Shown piece by piece: positions 24,781-33,247 of a stretch of DNA of 64,000 nt (positions are counted from its first letter, which is position 1; the number at the start of each line of letters is the position of its first letter). This DNA is from Paludibacteraceae bacterium (GTDB taxonomy: Bacteria; Bacteroidota; Bacteroidia; Bacteroidales; Paludibacteraceae). The notes beneath the pieces were generated by a model. It was not told the origin of the DNA, ran no database searches, and worked only from the letters and a program-made list of their open reading frames with translations. The position numbers were made by a program, and so were the translations under genes. Where the stretch lies: positions 11,434 through 75,433 of the forward strand of contig JAZNMH010000027.1 of NCBI GenBank assembly GCA_045579505.1, read 5' to 3'.

Positions 24781-27144
24781 TTATTTCGATTTTAACGCCT
24801 CCACAGGATTGGTGTTCATCAGGCGGACGGCTTGCCACGTGATAGACACTACCGCGAGGAGTATGACCGCAAGGGCGGTGAGGATATAGTACCACGCGGA
24901 ATTGGCGATACGGTAGTCATAGGTCTCTAACCAGCGTTGCGCAATGAGCCATGCACAAGGCACTGCAATCACGGCTGCGATAAGGATAGAAGAGAGGAAC
25001 GTGCGCACGGTGCGGAAATAGATAGTGCGATTCTCACAACCCATCACCTTGTGAATAGCCGTGTTGCGTGTGTGCTGCTTGGCGTAGTAGGTACTCATAG
25101 CCAGCATAGCCAACGAAGACAACAACAAGGTCAGCAGCGTAAAGAGCGCAATCAGTTTGGCGTTGTTATTCTGCTTGTCGTACATATGGCTGACAAGGTA
25201 GTTATAGGTGTTCACCGATATTTCCTCATCACTATCGTGTTGGCGGTAGAACTCGGCTATTTGCTTTACGGCTTCATTTTCATCGCCAGACACTTGCACA
25301 ATGAGTTGGCGCAATATGCGAAAATCGGCAGGCTCGTCCATGTTCATTATCCAAGGAACAACAGGCCAATCGGATGTAGGAGCAATGCCAGGCATACCTT
25401 TCTGAAAATCTTTGATGATACCACAGACTGGCATACCATAGTTATCGTCTTGCATAATCATGGTACAATCGTAGTCCACGCCGAGTGGTGCAATCAACGA
25501 TTCGGGTAACCATGCAGCAGGTTCTATCGGATCAGCAGTCTGGCGAATGACCTCAAAGCCAAGAATCTCAAATGCCGTTTGGTCGCCATAGTACATATCG
25601 AGTTTGAACTCTTGTCCTCTAAACATGAGTGACATACCCGATGTACCAAAGGTAAACGGTTCGAATTGTACCCAACCCACCTTCTCTACACAAGCAAGTT
25701 GTTTGAGTTCTTCCACCAAATAATCTGCTGGAGTGTTGGCACCACTGATACGCAAGCGGTTTTGGCGTTCGTATCCTTGGGGCTTGCTTTGCATATGATG
25801 GAGTTGCACAAACATGACCACAGCCACGGCAAGCGTGATAATTGCTACAATGTTTTGCACAATAATCAGTATACGTCCGAGTACCATGCGATTATCTTTC
25901 TCGAACGAACCACGCACCACATCAATGGGGTGATACTTCAGCACCATGAGTGCAGGAATGACACCCGAGAGAATAGAGAGTAGCAATACCAGAGCAATCA
26001 TCATGAGTATCACACCCCAAGTGATATGCTCGAATGGCGCAACGGTTTGCCCGATGAGTTCGCTGAAATACGGTGCTACGAGGTGCGCCATGAGGAGTGC
26101 CAAACCGAAAGATACCGCCGTAAGCGAAAACGATTCGAGGATATATTTCAGCACGATTTGCCAGCGTTGTGCACCCACCAAACGGCGAGTAGCCATCTCG
26201 CGTGCACGGAAACCAATCTGCGCTACTGTCAGCGAAATATAGTTGAGTACTGCGAAGATGAGGAGCAATAACCCTGCTGCGAAAAAGAGCGAGAAGAAAT
26301 CACGATTGACCAGATTAACGAATGGCAACGGAGCAGAAAGGTCGGAGTATTGAATATCCTCAAAAGGAATGAGATAGAAATCGTGGAAGACACCATATTT
26401 GTAGATATAGTCTTGCTCTCTCACAATCTTCTCCATCTCCTTTGAAAGGGCAGCGACATCCGCATTGGGTACGAGTTGGAAGAATGTAGCTACTGCACCT
26501 GAGCCATTTTGAATGACTTGGTCAGTGAGTTGCTGGAGTTGGTCAATGCGGTAAATGATTTTAGGTGAGCGAATGACGCTATTCGTTAGGTCACGAAACA
26601 CGCCCGTGACGGTGAGTGTGGCAGAGTTGCCATTGATAGAAATCTCAATGGTCTTGCCAAGGGGATTCTCGTTGGGTGAGAAGATACGCGCAAACGACTC
26701 ACTGATAACCACCGATTGTGTCGTGGCAAGAGCAGATTCATGTGTGCCTTCGAGCAATGGGTAAGGCAGTATTTGGAAGAAATTCTCATCCACCACTAAT
26801 GCATCTGCACGGTCATCATTGCTGGTTGAAGAGTGACCGCTGGTAGTCGTGTAGCGCATACTCATTTCGATGCCGCCGAAGATCTCTGTATCGAACATAC
26901 GGCAGATGGACTGCACTTCGGAGAAGCGTCCGTCGAGTTGCTCTTTGATAGTGCCACAACCGATAAACAAGCGTTCGGAGCGACTGACATAGACATTGCG
27001 CCCTTTAACTTCGTTGTCTCGTGTGAGTTGCGAGGTCACGAAAGTGGCGATAAAGACGACAAACGCCAACGCAATAGCCATACCCACCACCTCAATGAAG
27101 GTGTAGAGCTTGTTTTGCTTGAGGAAATTAAGAAAGGATTTCAT
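24781..27144 (-). CDS. ABC transporter permease, FtsX/MacB type (second copy)
   Basis: 787 aa with the same architecture as 21663-24062 and a C-terminal PVEALKSK. Confidence 0.85.
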   Translation of the reverse strand: MKSFLNFLKQNKLYTFIEVVGMAIALAFVVFIATFVTSQLTRDNEVKGRNVYVSRSERLFIGCGTIKEQLDGRFSEVQSICRMFDTEIFGGIEMSMRYTTTSGHSSTSNDDRADALVVDENFFQILPYPLLEGTHESALATTQSVVISESFARIFSPNENPLGKTIEISINGNSATLTVTGVFRDLTNSVIRSPKIIYRIDQLQQLTDQVIQNGSGAVATFFQLVPNADVAALSKEMEKIVREQDYIYKYGVFHDFYLIPFEDIQYSDLSAPLPFVNLVNRDFFSLFFAAGLLLLIFAVLNYISLTVAQIGFRAREMATRRLVGAQRWQIVLKYILESFSLTAVSFGLALLMAHLVAPYFSELIGQTVAPFEHITWGVILMMIALVLLLSILSGVIPALMVLKYHPIDVVRGSFEKDNRMVLGRILIIVQNIVAIITLAVAVVMFVQLHHMQSKPQGYERQNRLRISGANTPADYLVEELKQLACVEKVGWVQFEPFTFGTSGMSLMFRGQEFKLDMYYGDQTAFEILGFEVIRQTADPIEPAAWLPESLIAPLGVDYDCTMIMQDDNYGMPVCGIIKDFQKGMPGIAPTSDWPVVPWIMNMDEPADFRILRQLIVQVSGDENEAVKQIAEFYRQHDSDEEISVNTYNYLVSHMYDKQNNNAKLIALFTLLTLLLSSLAMLAMSTYYAKQHTRNTAIHKVMGCENRTIYFRTVRTFLSSILIAAVIAVPCAWLIAQRWLETYDYRIANSAWYYILTALAVILLAVVSITWQAVRLMNTNPVEALKSK

Positions 27145-27153
27145 ATTGTTTGG

Positions 27154-28410
27154 TTAGAATTTTAGTTTCTCACTATTGCCAAATTTCTCGTAGCCAGAGA
27201 TGATGACGCGGTCGCCTGGGTGCAGACCCTCAATGACTTCGTAGTATTGCGGATTTTGGCGACTGAGGCGAATATCACGGCGAGTGGCACCCTTACCGTC
27301 CGCATCCATCACATAGATCCATCGTCCGCCTGTGGTCTGGAAGAATGCGCCACGAGGGATAAGCATGGCTTGTTCCGACTCGCCCAATTGCAGATTGAGG
27401 TAATATGTTTGACCACTGCGGATATTGTCGGGCTGCGCACCCACGAACTTCAAGTCGGCACGGAACTTACCATTGCGCACCTCTGGATACACCTTGCGCA
27501 CTACCGCACGGAACTGCTCATCACGACGTTCGAATGTTGCCTCTAATCCTGCTGCTACGCGGTCGATATAGTGCTCATCGAGTTGCGCCTCAATCTTGTA
27601 ATTGCCAAGGTCGTTGATTTGTCCAATCTTAGTGCCTTGGGCAATGGATTGTCCGAGTGTGGCTTCCAGCAATCCGAGTTCGCCATTAATAGGTGCTTTG
27701 ATAGTGAGGTTGTCTTTGCGGCGACGAATCATCTGCATATTGAGGCGCATGTTGGCAAGGCTCTCTTGCATCTGGCTGACTTGCACGCTGCGGTAGAGAC
27801 TATCTTGCTCGGCACGGTGATTGACCAGTTGTAGGCGTTGTTGTGCCAAACGGTGGTCCTCCTCCGCACGGAGGTATTCCTCACGAGCAATCAGTTGGTC
27901 GGCATAGAGGGCACGCTGCGCCTCTGCGGTACGGCGTGTGCGTTCCACCTCCATTGCCAGTTGCAAGCGCTCTTGTTCCAGACTGAGTTTCTGCTGCTCC
28001 ATAGAGATGAGAGTGTTGCGCAGAAGGTTCTCTTTCTCAGCGAGTTCGGCTTCGGAGTTGAGGATTTGCAGGTCGAGGTTATCGTTGCTGAGCACCAGTA
28101 TGCGGTCGCCCGCCTTTACATGCGTACCCTCTTCCACGATAATCTCTTGCACGACACCACCTTCGAGTGGCGAGAGCTGGATAGTGGTCATGGGTTGCAC
28201 TTGTCCATTGAGACGAATGTAGTCGTTGAACTCGCCTTCGGTAACGGTAGCAATGGTGAGCGTGTCGGGGTCGATACGCATAGCACCATTGCTGCTACGT
28301 GCAAGGAGAATAATGAGCAGTACAGCCACTGCTGAACCCAACCAATAGGGCAATGCTTTGAGGGTAAAGGCACGGGCAATGCCCTTTTTCTTTTCGATAA
28401 TTTTATCCAT
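27154..28410 (-). CDS. HlyD-family periplasmic adaptor (membrane fusion protein)
   Basis: 418 aa with an N-terminal TM, a long coiled-coil region (LEQERLQLAMEVERTRR..), and barrel-sandwich and beta-barrel segments. It is the first gene of the efflux operon. Confidence 0.85.
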   Translation of the reverse strand: MDKIIEKKKGIARAFTLKALPYWLGSAVAVLLIILLARSSNGAMRIDPDTLTIATVTEGEFNDYIRLNGQVQPMTTIQLSPLEGGVVQEIIVEEGTHVKAGDRILVLSNDNLDLQILNSEAELAEKENLLRNTLISMEQQKLSLEQERLQLAMEVERTRRTAEAQRALYADQLIAREEYLRAEEDHRLAQQRLQLVNHRAEQDSLYRSVQVSQMQESLANMRLNMQMIRRRKDNLTIKAPINGELGLLEATLGQSIAQGTKIGQINDLGNYKIEAQLDEHYIDRVAAGLEATFERRDEQFRAVVRKVYPEVRNGKFRADLKFVGAQPDNIRSGQTYYLNLQLGESEQAMLIPRGAFFQTTGGRWIYVMDADGKGATRRDIRLSRQNPQYYEVIEGLHPGDRVIISGYEKFGNSEKLKF

Positions 28411-28510
28411 GATGTTTATTTAGATGTTAGACTGTTTTACTATTAGACCGCTATGCTGTTGGATGTTAGACTTTGCCTTTCATCACGCAGCGCGTTCTTA
28501 CATTCTTATT

Positions 28511-28526
28511 GGCAAACTGCGTGCCA
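28511..28526 (-). promoter_or_regulatory. Sigma-54 (-24/-12) promoter of the efflux operon
   Basis: The reverse strand reads TGGCACGcagtTTGCc, a full match to TGGCACG-N4-TTGCW. It lies about 100 nt upstream of the ATG at 28410. Confidence 0.7.
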
Positions 28527-28581
28527 AAATATGTAAATTGCTGATAGTGAGCGCAATGCCATTTTTAGCACTTCGCACATA

Positions 28582-28621
28582 TGTAAAGAAACTTTACAAT
28601 TGAGTGTAAAGGGATTTGACA
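28582..28621 (-). promoter_or_regulatory. Candidate enhancer (UAS) for the NtrC-type activator
   Basis: A perfect palindrome TGTAAAGaaaCTTTACA is followed by a third TGTAAAG half-site 23 nt on and then ATTTGACA. The same layout occurs at 34754-34793. Confidence 0.6.
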
Positions 28622-28705
28622 ATATTAATTAGGAGTAAACAAGACCTATTCAACTTAAATATCACCAAAAACGCACTTTTTTTTGCACATATCAGAAAAA
28701 TTCAT

Positions 28706-28713
28706 TACCTTTG
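28706..28713 (+). promoter_or_regulatory. -7 promoter box (TACCTTTG) for the plus-strand three-gene insert
   Basis: TACCTTTG is followed by a 183-nt ATG-free leader before the ATG at 28897. Confidence 0.45.
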
Positions 28714-28896
28714 CAGCGCAAAGCCGAGAAATCAGTTTTGCGGACATAATTAGAAAGCGTTTATTAGCGCTTGTTCTTGCGAAAGGGTTTACCAGAACCT
28801 CGTGATAGAGAATAAGCAAATAAGGTTCCACGCTTTTTCAATATTTATACCAACGGGGGTGTTTGGAGCCAACTTCCCACAGATTTTATAACAAGT

Positions 28897-29364
28897 ATGA
28901 AGAGAAAATTACTTCTTATGTGTGCCGTTCTGTGTTCTATTCAGATGATGTGCATTAACCTTGTATTCGAAAAAACAGATGGAACAGAACAATCACACAA
29001 TGTATCTTTAATTGGGAAATGGTTATTTGTTGATAGAGATTTGCTCCTTATAGACAAAGAAGGAAACCTCCTTGCTTCAGAACCCGTTTTGAATATTCGC
29101 AAAATTGTTTTTCTTGAAGGAAATGATGATACAGGAAATTTACCTCCGTTGTCTAAAACCGATAATACAATTGTGGTATATCCTAATCCTACCAAGGATA
29201 TATTGCATATTGAAGGAGCTGAGGACCATACTATTCGTATATATAATACACAAGGACTTCTCCTAAAAAAAGCAACTGGCAAACAGATTGATGTGTCGAA
29301 CTTACAAACTGGAACTTATCTTCTTCAAATAGGGACACAAGTAGTTAGATTCATCAAACAATAA
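28897..29364 (+). CDS. Small secreted protein with a canonical T9SS type-A C-terminal sorting domain
   Basis: 155 aa with a signal peptide. The C-terminus VVYPNPTKDILHIEGAEDHTIRIYNTQGLLL...LQTGTYLLQI...VRFIKQ matches the Por-secretion tail pattern. Confidence 0.7.
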   Translation: MKRKLLLMCAVLCSIQMMCINLVFEKTDGTEQSHNVSLIGKWLFVDRDLLLIDKEGNLLASEPVLNIRKIVFLEGNDDTGNLPPLSKTDNTIVVYPNPTKDILHIEGAEDHTIRIYNTQGLLLKKATGKQIDVSNLQTGTYLLQIGTQVVRFIKQ

Positions 29365-29385
29365 TTCATTTAATTGATTACAACT

Positions 29386-31134
29386 ATGAGACGATTAACT
29401 ATTTTAACAACATTAGTCTTTGTATGTATATTTCTGTCAGCACAACTAAGACAGACCAGAATGTGTATTTGGAACAATGGTACTTGTGACAAGGTATGGG
29501 TCGAGTCAGGGATAGATAGTATTACCTTCGCAGAAGAAAGTATGGATGATGTACTAAAGTATGCATATACTTCTGCGAATAATGGTGTCATTTGCGAATA
29601 TTCTTCTGATAATGTGATTGATAATAACGTTCCTGATCCAAGGACTGGCCATGCAAATGATGTCGCGCCATTACATGAGATGTACAATGAGATTTTTGCT
29701 TGGTTGCCAGTAACAAGTTCTGATGGTAATGATTCTCCAGCATACATATGGAAACAGAATTATCGTGCTATAGTTGCTGCCAATCAAGTATTGAAACTCC
29801 TGAACGAGATGAGCGGAAACACTGATGCCGAGAAAGGAGAAGCTCTACTAATCCGCGCATACCATCATTTTCTTTTAGTAAATATCTTTTGTCAAGCATG
29901 GAAAAACGTCTATGATAGCAAAAGTGATTTGGGTATTCCATATTTATACGATACTAAATATACTATCAATTCATCTACCCAACGTGGGTCTGTATATGAC
30001 ACCTATAATGCCATCCAGTCGGATTTAGAAGAAGGATTAAATTTGTTGTCTAAAAGCAATACAGAACTTCCATCCTCCCGTATGAATATCAAGGCAGCAC
30101 ATGCTTTTGCGGCGCGTTTTTATCTCTACAAACGTGAGTGGGCAAAAGTAGTGGAGCATGCAGATTATGTGCTGACTACCAATGACCAAACAACATTACT
30201 AATGTTGTTTGATGCAACGACCAACCGTAATCAAAGTAATATTGAGTTGGCATTTAATCATTATATCAATCCTAATGCACCTTGCAATCTACTAATCTAT
30301 AATACGTACTCCTCATCACCATATGCACACTTCCCAAGTTATGGTCGCTATCAATATAATGGTGATGCTCAAGAGTTCACCACCTATGGTGCAGGTCCTT
30401 GCTGGACAGGTCAATTCCCAGGTATCGGCATTTGGTCTGCTGACCAGAAATTGGGTGGTTTCTGTGCGAAAGACTATTACTGGTTTGAATATACTGATAC
30501 AGTAAATGGTTACGGATATATTCGAGGTGTAACTCGCGCATTTACTACCAACGAGACGCTTCTCTGTCGTGCAGAAGCAAAGGTTTATCTCAATGATTTG
30601 GATGGTGCAGTTAATGACTTCCGTCTGTGGTGTCAAAGTTATAATGTAGGTGGTCGTATGCAAATGCTGGCAGATAGTACTGTGGATTTGAGCCAAGAAA
30701 AGATTGTTAAGTTCTATGGTGAGAAGGCAGGTACTAAGTTCGCTCCAGTATTGCACAACCAAGATATAGCGGCAGAATGGGTGATTACCCCAGAGCAATT
30801 GCCATTAGTACACTGTGCGTTGCACTTCCGCCGTATTGAGACATTGCATGATGGTCTTCGGTGGCATGATCTGAAGCGCTATGGTATCGAGATTGAGCAC
30901 GTACAAGGCAAAGATCCTGCTCGTATTTTGGTATGGAACGATGATCGCCGTGCTATCCAGTTGCCACAAGAAATCATAAAACAAGGATTAACACCAAATC
31001 CTCGTATAATCTTGGGAGACAATGTTGATAGCACAACACCTTTATTAATACAATCTAAAAAGGGAAAAACTGCGACTCAATCAACAACAGCAATCCAAGA
31101 ATGGATTCACAATTTAAATTTCACGACGAAATAA
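29386..31134 (+). CDS. Orphan SusD/RagB-family protein with no adjacent SusC
   Basis: About 582 aa counted from the ATG at 29386. The ORF-track start at 29374 is a TTG. SusD-like blocks are GEALLIRAYHHFLLVNIF, AAHAFAARFYLYKREW, ETLLCRAEAKVYLNDLDGAVNDF and RRIETLHDGLRWHDLKRYG. Confidence 0.72.
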   Translation: MRRLTILTTLVFVCIFLSAQLRQTRMCIWNNGTCDKVWVESGIDSITFAEESMDDVLKYAYTSANNGVICEYSSDNVIDNNVPDPRTGHANDVAPLHEMYNEIFAWLPVTSSDGNDSPAYIWKQNYRAIVAANQVLKLLNEMSGNTDAEKGEALLIRAYHHFLLVNIFCQAWKNVYDSKSDLGIPYLYDTKYTINSSTQRGSVYDTYNAIQSDLEEGLNLLSKSNTELPSSRMNIKAAHAFAARFYLYKREWAKVVEHADYVLTTNDQTTLLMLFDATTNRNQSNIELAFNHYINPNAPCNLLIYNTYSSSPYAHFPSYGRYQYNGDAQEFTTYGAGPCWTGQFPGIGIWSADQKLGGFCAKDYYWFEYTDTVNGYGYIRGVTRAFTTNETLLCRAEAKVYLNDLDGAVNDFRLWCQSYNVGGRMQMLADSTVDLSQEKIVKFYGEKAGTKFAPVLHNQDIAAEWVITPEQLPLVHCALHFRRIETLHDGLRWHDLKRYGIEIEHVQGKDPARILVWNDDRRAIQLPQEIIKQGLTPNPRIILGDNVDSTTPLLIQSKKGKTATQSTTAIQEWIHNLNFTTK

Positions 31135-31169
31135 GTTACCGATAAAACAACACCTAAAATGATATTAAA

Positions 31170-32960
31170 ATGAAGCGATTAATATTTTTAACTGTTTTCT
31201 TCTCAATGGTATTTGCTACAATGGCACAAACACGATTAAGCATGCGCATTTGGAAAGATGGTGTAGCATCAAAATATGTGCTCGAAGAAATTGATAGTGT
31301 CATGTTCGTAGAAGATGTATTTATTCCCGATAATGTTGTTGCCACTAAGAATGCGATAACTATTGTTTGGAACGCCATCGGTTTTGAGCCCTGTATATCT
31401 CCTGATAAACAATTAGTTTTGGCTGGAGATTATAATAATTGGAACACATATCCAGTGGATATGGTTAATTTTGAACCGCTATATGGACACGATAATTGGT
31501 GGCAAGCAGTTGTTACTCCCGATGAAGATGCTACTTCTCCGCTGTTAGTTGGTATTCCCTGTGGTATTGCTAAAGATGGTACTTTCAGTTGGGATTACCA
31601 GTGGGCAGATGTAGAAGCAGGTAATTGCGAAGTAATTTCAGGCGATGCTGTAATCCAAAAAGATTCTGCAAATCAATTACAACTTCATGTTCATAGCAAT
31701 TCTTCCATTGTATATATTCGTTCATATGGTTTCCAAAAGGATCCATGCGAAACAGAAAGTTCTGCTTGTGAGAACGCAGTTAAGAATGCTATTGAAATTC
31801 TTACAGAGCCAACAAAGACCTGGGAAATGGCATATTTCCCAAATCTGGAGGCAAGTTCCATAGGTTACAATATGGTATTGAAGTTCAACAAGAATGGTAA
31901 TGTAAGTGTTAGTGCCAAAAATAGTACTACGACTGGAAATGAATTGAAGACTGATTCCTGTAGTACTTGGGGTGTAAAGAGTGACTATGGACCACTTCTT
32001 TCGTTTGGTACCGACAACGAGGTATTTCACGCTTTCACTGTTGAAGGTGGGCTGTTGGGTGACCATGAGTTTTATATTCTCAAAGCAACTTCAAATAGCG
32101 TTTTATTAAAAGGGATAAAGCATGGTGCATATTGTGTGATGCGTCCGATGAAAACTACTAATTTGGAAACATATTTTGCCAATTGTGAGAGAATGCAAAC
32201 GGAGTTATTTGGTAATAACAATGTTGTAACACTTATTCAAGGTAATGCAAAAAAACATCTTCACGATGGTGCTTCTGGACGGTTCGCAAGTTCTGTTTAT
32301 GGTGAGAGATTAACAAACAAGAATGCCACCTATCACCCACTCTGTGTTACAGAAGACGGAATAATTGTTTCTACTGGTTTTGGAAATAATGACCAAGAGC
32401 GTATTTTTATCTATGACAGCATTAATGGAGAATTGAAAGGCGAGTCCGGTAGTGTGATAAAGGCAGATAATTTAAACATTCTGTTCGGTGCGTATTTTAC
32501 AGACAACAATCATGGTTGGGTGGTGGACACAACGGGTCAAGAGGCAGTAGAAGAGCTACTTGCAGCAGTAAACACAGCTATGAAGAATACTTCTGCTAAG
32601 ATGAAAGTAATGGGCTATGGTTACAAGCAATCATTGAATATGTACGAAGGTGGATATTTCATACTCATCAACTTCACCTATAAGCAAGGAAAGAAGAATC
32701 AAGAGAAGAAATTGGTATGGACCATTAATTTGCAACAAGATGAGAATGGCATCACTGTAGCAAATGCAGTACCTTATGACGAATATACTGCGAATTTCTT
32801 GACTCAAATCCCATCCGCTCAAGCAGTAGCTGATTTGATGATTGGTTCATTCAGTGCTGCTCCATTGGAGGGTAACCTCTTTAATGCAGCGGCAGGAATG
32901 AAGTTAGTAGGTGGTGACCGTGAATTGCTAATTAAAGGCGCTAACAATGTAAAGATGTAA
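31170..32960 (+). CDS. Hypothetical secreted protein with an N-terminal CBM48/E-set-like segment (possibly DUF4302-like)
   Basis: 596 aa with a signal peptide. LVLAGDYNNWNTYPVDMVNFEPLYGHDNWWQAVV resembles glycogen-binding modules. The rest is unrecognised. Confidence 0.55.
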   Translation: MKRLIFLTVFFSMVFATMAQTRLSMRIWKDGVASKYVLEEIDSVMFVEDVFIPDNVVATKNAITIVWNAIGFEPCISPDKQLVLAGDYNNWNTYPVDMVNFEPLYGHDNWWQAVVTPDEDATSPLLVGIPCGIAKDGTFSWDYQWADVEAGNCEVISGDAVIQKDSANQLQLHVHSNSSIVYIRSYGFQKDPCETESSACENAVKNAIEILTEPTKTWEMAYFPNLEASSIGYNMVLKFNKNGNVSVSAKNSTTTGNELKTDSCSTWGVKSDYGPLLSFGTDNEVFHAFTVEGGLLGDHEFYILKATSNSVLLKGIKHGAYCVMRPMKTTNLETYFANCERMQTELFGNNNVVTLIQGNAKKHLHDGASGRFASSVYGERLTNKNATYHPLCVTEDGIIVSTGFGNNDQERIFIYDSINGELKGESGSVIKADNLNILFGAYFTDNNHGWVVDTTGQEAVEELLAAVNTAMKNTSAKMKVMGYGYKQSLNMYEGGYFILINFTYKQGKKNQEKKLVWTINLQQDENGITVANAVPYDEYTANFLTQIPSAQAVADLMIGSFSAAPLEGNLFNAAAGMKLVGGDRELLIKGANNVKM

Positions 32961-33012
32961 ATATCAATACAATTAGATACGGAATAGTAACCGAACTGAT
33001 ACTCATCCCTTT

Positions 33013-33051
33013 ATCGCCATTTGTGTTTTCGGACATGAATGGCGATTTTTT
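33013..33051 (+). terminator. Rho-independent terminator of the plus-strand insert
   Basis: ATCGCCATT-16 nt-AATGGCGAT is followed by TTTTT. It lies 53 nt after the stop at 32960. Confidence 0.6.
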
Positions 33052-33125
33052 GTGTTATTCTTGTTCGTATCAATGTTCATACTCAAGTGCTCCTTCGGTA
33101 AGGGGTCGATATCCCTTCGAAAAAC

Positions 33126-33168
33126 GAGAAACTAAAAGCCACAGAAAGCCCACCGAAGTTCTACAGAC
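33126..33168 (-). repeat. Copy 2 of the intergenic repeat of about 45 nt (partner at 17862-17906)
   Basis: See 17862-17906. Weaker similarity continues leftwards to about 33090. Confidence 0.7.
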
Positions 33169-33247
33169 ATTCTTGTTTTAACTTTTGAAAGTTAATTTTC
33201 TGTGAAAATACAAAACTTTATTCTACTTACGCAATAGTTTTGGTGTG

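Noticed and set aside
28423-28472. Direct repeat GATGTTAGACT (28423-28433 and 28462-28472) in the leader of the efflux operon as a regulatory element
   Set aside because: A single 11-nt pair is within chance expectation for this window size. There is no counterpart in the TolC leader.
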